This document shows, piece by piece, positions 57,895 through 64,000 of a stretch of DNA of 64,000 nucleotides; the first letter of the stretch is position 1; each line of letters starts with the position of its first letter. The position numbers were made by a program, and so were the translations under genes. Where the stretch lies: NCBI GenBank assembly GCA_964016885.1, contig OZ024743.1:274226001-274290000 (forward strand). The letters are read 5' to 3'. A model generated the notes under the pieces. It ran no database searches. It was given only the letters and a program-made list of their open reading frames with translations, and had not been told where the DNA came from. The stretch is from Eledone cirrhosa (lineage: Eukaryota).

Positions 57895-58125
57895 TAATGG
57901 TTTCTTATTTAGGCACAAAACCAGCAATTTGAAGGGTTGAAGGGGAGGGGAATGTCGATTAAATCGACCCCAGTACATTACTGGAGCTTTATTTTATCCA
58001 CCATATAAGGATGAAAGGCAAAGCTAACTTCGGCATGATTTGAATTTAGAACGTAAAGGACTATAACTCTATGTCGCTAAGCATGTTATCCGGCGCTCTA
58101 CCGATTCTGCTAATCCATCGCCCTA
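57895..58125 (-). mobile_element. Meta-domain SINE, full length
   Basis: Same consensus in reverse. Head tagggcgatggattagcagaatcggtagagcgccgg. Confidence 0.85.
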
Positions 58126-58167
58126 ATAATAATAATTATTATTATTATCATTATTATTATTATTATA

Positions 58168-58660
58168 AGTGTCAGAGAATGAATAAGCAACCATTCTCTG
58201 GGATATGCCAATACATCCAGACAGAGAGATCAAAGCCAACCGACTAGATATAATAGTCAAAGAGCACAAAGAAAAAAATGCTTTCCAATAGATGTATCAA
58301 TCCCCACAGACGACTATATATCTTCCAAGGAAATAGAGAATTATCCAAATATAAAGATCTAGGGATAGAAATAACTCGGATGTGGAAAATGAAAACAATA
58401 ACAATACCTATAATAATAGGTGCTCTAGGAATGATAAAAAGAAAAACACAAAGACAAATACATAACCAAAATCCCAGGACTTTCAAATATATACAGCATT
58501 AAAAAGATAGCACTACTAGGCACAGCACACATATTACGAAAAATACTAAAAATATAATAGAAACAACAGCAGCAAAAACTACACCCCTCATACCCAAGGC
58601 ACACAGAGCTGCGTTCGGTAAACCATAATGATGAGCAGTGAGAATGATAATGGAAATAAT
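58168..58660 (+). pseudogene. Dong/R4-clade RLE retrotransposon 3' fragment inserted in (TAA)n
   Basis: LWDMPIHPDREIKANRLDIIVK...IDVSIP...LSKYKDLGIEITRMWKMKTITIPIIIGALGMIK, flanked by TAA/ATT repeats, the known Dong/R4 target type. Confidence 0.85.
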
Positions 58661-58690
58661 AATAATTATAATAATCATATATCGATATAC

Positions 58691-59001
58691 CTTCTGTGCA
58701 CCTGAAAATGTCTCGCGTGCTGAAACTAGTGTTGTTTCCAGGTTAGCACCAACTACCCACCGCGTCGTTGAGCACACTCTGTTCTTAAATACCTTGTGTA
58801 GATGAAATAAATGGTATTGCCAAGGATGATTCTCCTGAACTGTATTTAAGCGGCCCAGTATATATTCCCCCAGCCGAACACTTGATGGTATTTTAAAAAC
58901 TTTTCTTAAACATATATTCCTCGCTGGTGTATAGGGTAACCGCTTCGATACTTTGTCCATTCCTGACCAATTTATAATCCAACCATTCACGATGTCACCA
59001 G
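58691..59001 (-). CDS. Candidate 311-nt exon of an unidentified gene
   Basis: Open for 103 codons of non-repetitive sequence (GDIVNGWIINWSGMDKVSKRLPYTPARNICL...ARETFSGAQK), bounded by aatAG and AAG/GTATAT. The acceptor lacks a pyrimidine tract. Confidence 0.35.
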
Positions 59002-59002
59002 C

Positions 59003-59087
<85 letters not shown>

Positions 59088-59614
59088 GTTGCTAAAGGAG
59101 AAAGTGCTTCCAGTTCAAAAGCGGCTGAAGAAGTGATTAGTTACTGAAGTATTTAGATAGATGTTCCGTGAGGTAACTCATGTTAAATATTCCATATTGT
59201 TTAATATTGTATATTGGAATTTCATTCTTCACGTTTGTTTAGTTCTCGAAGACATAAAGTCATGAATTCGATGTTAAATTTCAGTGATTAAACATCGCTT
59301 AATTCAATTAAAATTATATTTCAAAAGTTTATGTGAATCTATCTGTTACCTTTCTCGTCCACCACCCTCCCTCTCTCTCTCTCTCAGTATATATATATAT
59401 ACATGTGTGTGTGTGTATGTATATATACATATATGTGTGTGTGTGTGTATATATGTATGTATATATATATACACACGCACACATTTACGTTTCAATCTGA
59501 CACTTATTTTATGGATGATCACTATTTGCAGAAGTACTAAGTCACGGATCATAAAGCGATACGAATAGAAACTGCGATGTAAACACAAACACAGACACAA
59601 ACATATCATATTAT

Positions 59615-59661
<47 letters not shown>

Positions 59662-59742
59662 CATATATATATATACATTATTACACATACATATATATAT
59701 ATTATTACATTACATACACACACAGAGATATATATGTATATA

Positions 59743-59844
<102 letters not shown>

Positions 59845-61635
59845 GTATATATATATATAATGTATATATATATATATATATATAATGTATATCTATATGG
59901 AGATCGTCGTCAACTACTTTCCACTAACAAAGTATTCGTCACCCTAAGGCTATAGTAGAAGACATTTTTATAATAAATATATCTGGCATTTAAATCACAA
60001 ACATTTTCTCCGGTCTGTTATCTTATTGAATGAAACCTTTTATGGGATACTCTTTATCATTAAGTACATATAAGTAGAATTTCTGAATGATTGTTTTTAA
60101 GTAGAGTCCTCGGGGTAGACTTGCAATATTATATAAATTACATACATAACTTCAATGCAATGATTTTCAACGTTTCTATTCAGTGTTTATATGTTAGTGT
60201 TGTGTATACAGAAAATATTCAAATAAATAGGAATATTAGTTTCTTGATATAAAAAGCACTATACTCTTGAGGGTTAAATGTAACCAGACAGTATTGTGTT
60301 TCTTGTATATAAGTTAAACACTATTAAACACAGAGATCTAACAGATCCGGGATGTCAACACTACATTCAGTGCATGCATTCAATAGGTGACTGAAAAGGA
60401 AGAACGGATACCATTTGAAGGATTTAAATAGCACTTGGTGGTATTATTCAGCTATGTTATCTCTGATGCCAAGTGCAATTCATCATGTATCAGGAAGAAC
60501 TTCGGGCAATTATCTACAATTTGAAATTAAGTATGCATTGTTTTTCATTAAGATTCGCGTGTGGTGTCAATTATTGAAAAGTCTGTCAGTGATTTCGAAC
60601 AATCTAAATCTCATGAGCTTTGTACCGAATTGCCGTTCTAATTATTCTATTTGTATTGGTTAACAAATATGATGGGAAATTGGAGTACATCTTTTTCTCC
60701 ATGTATTGAAATGAGCAGCTAGGCAGGTACAAGGGGCTTGATTATAGACTCTATAATGAAAATGACTGGAGAAAGTATATTGTATTTTCTCACGCGCTCT
60801 CCAGATATCAATATCATAACTCTCTGTATTTCTCACTATATATATATACAGAGAAATATTAAAACAATGAAATTAAACACATTATTTTACGATCGTTTCT
60901 GTGGGGTAGTTCTCTGTATGTTCATTCAATATTTGATCTATGTAAAACATATTACAAAATATCATAGTGAGAAAAAATACATACGTATTCACTACCCGCC
61001 GTCTTCAGAAATAATCTGTATATATATATATATTTATATATATGTATATATATATATATGTGTGTGTGTGTGTATTATATATATATACATATGTGATGAG
61101 AGTTAGAGAGGGCTATGTTGTTATTAGCAGCAATCGCACGACACTATTTTCTCCAAAGTAACTGACTAAACACATACGTGCTTTTTCTCTGAATTATTCT
61201 TTACTCTTATATTCGTTTTTATTTTTATTTCTTCTTCTATCTCTCATTTTATCTCCTGATTAAGGACTAGTGTGTCCGAAACGTGAAGATTCCTTTCCTA
61301 CTAAAACATGCCATAACCTAACATATTTCTTCATTGTACTGTGTTGTCTGTTTTGTTGTTTCTGTTTAGGTTTCGCAAATATATATATGTGTGTGTACGT
61401 GTGCGTGTGCGTTCGTGTGTGTATTCTAATTCTATTTAAGGCTTTGGCACGATACCATCTGGAATTGAGTCTCATATATTACAGCTCATATATTACAGCC
61501 GTCATTTGCAATTGAGTACGGTCTCTTGGGGTCACAGCTGCAAGGAGTGTGAGTTGCGTCACTACTTGACTATTTCCAACATTATCGATTTCTATAAAGA
61601 TATATTTTATCTCTACATGTTAAAACATGAGACTA

Positions 61636-61800
61636 TATATATCACAGAAAAAAGAGAGTCAGTGTTGCGATGAATGGAGTAAATTCCATTCGTCGCAACA
61701 CTGACTCTCTTTTTTCTGTGATATCATACTCTGCTCTATGAGGGCATCGAGTGCTCAAACGGCCTACTGCAAACGGACGCTTTAGGCATCCAACACCAAT
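61636..61800. mobile_element. Family E end fragment with an 85-bp hairpin
   Basis: atatcacagaaaaaagagagtcagtgttgcga...tcgcaacactgactctcttttttctgtgatat, followed by the reverse complement of 3333-3415. Confidence 0.75.
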
Positions 61801-61815
61801 TATATATATATATAG

Positions 61816-61869
<54 letters not shown>

Positions 61870-61889
61870 CTATATGTATATATATATAG

Positions 61890-61943
<54 letters not shown>

Positions 61944-61984
61944 AGAGAGAGAGAGAGAGAGGGGGGGAGATAACTGAACATATA

Positions 61985-62022
<38 letters not shown>

Positions 62023-62204
62023 GAAATAAACACAGTAAATTCTGTCTCTAAAATTACGGGGTAGAAATACCACATTTGTGTTATATATTTAACCTGAAAC
62101 ATACGTAAGATATAAAATGTTTATATACAGACCGTATCAATAACTATTTCATCTCTCGGACAGATTAGAGATTTGAAAATTGTGTTTGTAACAGATAATC
62201 CGTC

Positions 62205-62795
62205 AATATACTGTGTGCTTAATCAAAAGCATTTCGAAGACCTTACGCTATTGTTTTAGAGTAGTGACAGTCTCACTTACTTTAATTTTCAAGAAACAGG
62301 GGAGATAAAGCTGACAGAGCTCTGTTTCGCACTTGTTGGTGCTTATCAAAGCTAACTACTCCACCTGTTTGCTGAAAATCATGAATGTTTGATTCTTATA
62401 GAATTCTACTAATAATCAGAGCACCAATTCTTATAGAATTCTAGTAATAATCAGAGCACCAATTCTAATTTTCAATTTCTGCTTGACCGGCAAACGTTCT
62501 GTATAATCAGTTCCTGATTATTACTAGAATTCAATAAGAATCAAACGTTCATGATTTTCAGCAAACAGCTGGAGTAGTTAGCTTTGATAAGCACCAACAA
62601 GTGCAAAACAGAGCTCTGTCAGCTTTATCTCCCCTGTTTGCTGAAAATTAAAGTAAGTGAGACTGTCACCACTCTAAAAGAATAGTGTAACGTCTTCGAA
62701 ATGCTTTTGATTAAGCATACAGTGTATTGCAAAATACACTATATATACATTCATATATATATCGCTATTTCAGAGGACCAATTCTAATTTTCAAT
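62205..62795. mobile_element. Family F foldback; 319-nt terminally redundant unit
   Basis: Arms about 62205-62419 and about 62515-62728 are inverted. cagag(c/g)accaattctaattttcaa occurs at 62452 and 62771. Confidence 0.88.
62309..62353 (-). ncRNA. Type I hammerhead ribozyme, U3-A8 core variant (family F)
   Basis: AGCT-TTGATAA-GCAC caacaa GTGC-GAAA-CAGAGCTCTG-TC-AGCT, with a 12-nt palindromic stem III. The inverted copy at 62580-62624 has GAAA changed to AAAA. Confidence 0.8.
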
Positions 62796-62807
62796 ATATA
62801 TATATAT

Positions 62808-63425
62808 GAGCAACGATGGTTACTAGACACTGTACGGCTTAATTCGGGATGTTTGTTTACAAACACACCGAGCATTATAATAAATGTTCGCTGAATCGAT
62901 ATGTACATGTATATATGTGTGCATGTATGTATATATTATATATACATACTACTGTACGTCTGTATACATATATGTATGTACGTATACATACTTATATTTA
63001 AGTAACAGCCGTACTAAGAGTGAGAAAGGAAATTTCGTTTCATTTTTTCCGTTTATCGTTTTCGATACCCCGGCCGATTAACTCACTCGATATGCAAATT
63101 GGGCTGCTCAGCCGTTAATATGCATAAGGAAAGTACATACTTTCAGACGTTCAATCATCTGACAGGAAGGTATACGTTGCTGACGATAGCTAATAAGCCT
63201 GAAATTAGTACAGCGTTCCTTTGTCAGTGTTGAACAAACGAGCAACGATGGTTGCTAGACACTGTACGGTTTAATTCGGGTTGTTTGTTTACAAACACAC
63301 CGAGCATTATATTAAATGTTCGGTAAATCCATACGTACATGTATATATGTGTGCATGTATGTATATATATATATACATACTACTGTACGTCTGTATACAT
63401 ATATGTATGTACGTATACATACTTA
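62808..63425 (+). mobile_element. Family A repeat, about 1.4 units, 432-nt period
   Basis: gagcaacgatggtt.ctagacactgtacgg at 62808 and 63240. Reverse complement of 2041-2460. Confidence 0.88.
63175..63215 (+). ncRNA. Minimal type I hammerhead ribozyme (family A, slightly decayed)
   Basis: CGTTG-CTGACGA-tagct aata agcct-GAAA-TTAG-TA-CAGCG. Confidence 0.75.
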
Positions 63426-63929
63426 TATATATATATATATATACATACATATAAAGAGTGAGAGCGAGCGAGATGAAAAATGTTTAGAAACGGCAGTGTT
63501 CATCACGCATGTTGATTTATACATGCCTATGAACATAATTACGTGTGTGTGTATGTGAGTTTGTATGTTTCTATGCGATCGCATTAACATGGCCATCAAT
63601 ATGGTATTTAACTATGAAACCGGCAGAGCTGTTTCAACGAATATTATCTAAAAGGCAAATTGAAAGGATGTTGGATAAGTTTGTGTAGGACAGAGAAGGA
63701 GGAAATAATTGACTGTAAATGTATATCTCCTTTAGTTCTCACATCAGTAGTAATTAATTTAACTAACGGCAATTAGATTAATTTGCTCTAAACAGCTGTT
63801 CCAAGCTCACATTCACAACACGCTTCAACTTAAATGTTGATGAGAAAAGGATAAATCAGAGAAACCCTATGTCCGCCATTTATACTGATACGTTGTAAAC
63901 GAGGATTCAATTTTCAATAATGATAATAA

Positions 63930-64000
63930 TGTTTTCTACTGTAGGCACAAGGCCAGTAATTTGGAGGGGGGAGTCGATTATATCGACCCCAGTGCATCAC
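63930..64000 (-). mobile_element. Meta-domain SINE 3' end, running off the window
   Basis: tttctactgtaggcacaaggccag...gtcgattatatcgaccccagtgcat. Confidence 0.75.

Overview
AT-rich eukaryotic (animal) genomic DNA, extremely rich in (TA)n, (TG)n and (TATG)n microsatellites. The SINE types and repeat landscape most resemble an octopus or other coleoid cephalopod genome (inference). Nearly all ORFs in the supplied track are microsatellite artefacts. The real coding content is mostly retroelement: a Penelope-like element (PLE) 5' portion at the left edge, two PLE GIY-YIG fragments, a PLE RT relic, and CR1, RTE, CRE-type and Dong/R4-type LINE fragments. There are also Helitron and pogo-like relics, tRNA-derived SINEs, and up to three candidate host exons. 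The main hidden signal is a dense set of short non-coding repeat families embedded in (TA)n, each carrying a minimal type I hammerhead ribozyme (HHR) fold. I label them A to J; these are my own labels. They occur as head-to-tail, circularly permuted tandems (319-577 nt units) and as asymmetric foldback palindromes, as expected for PLE pseudo-LTRs or non-LTR retrozymes. Several families use the non-canonical U3-A8 catalytic core (UUGANAA). Families A and B share a covarying multi-hairpin scaffold and an octamer motif. The left-edge PLE has a coiled-coil ORF1 joined to a probable RT frame by a U UUU UUA -1 slippery site. All ribozyme and frameshift calls are by-eye structural predictions, not tested activities, and element boundaries are approximate.
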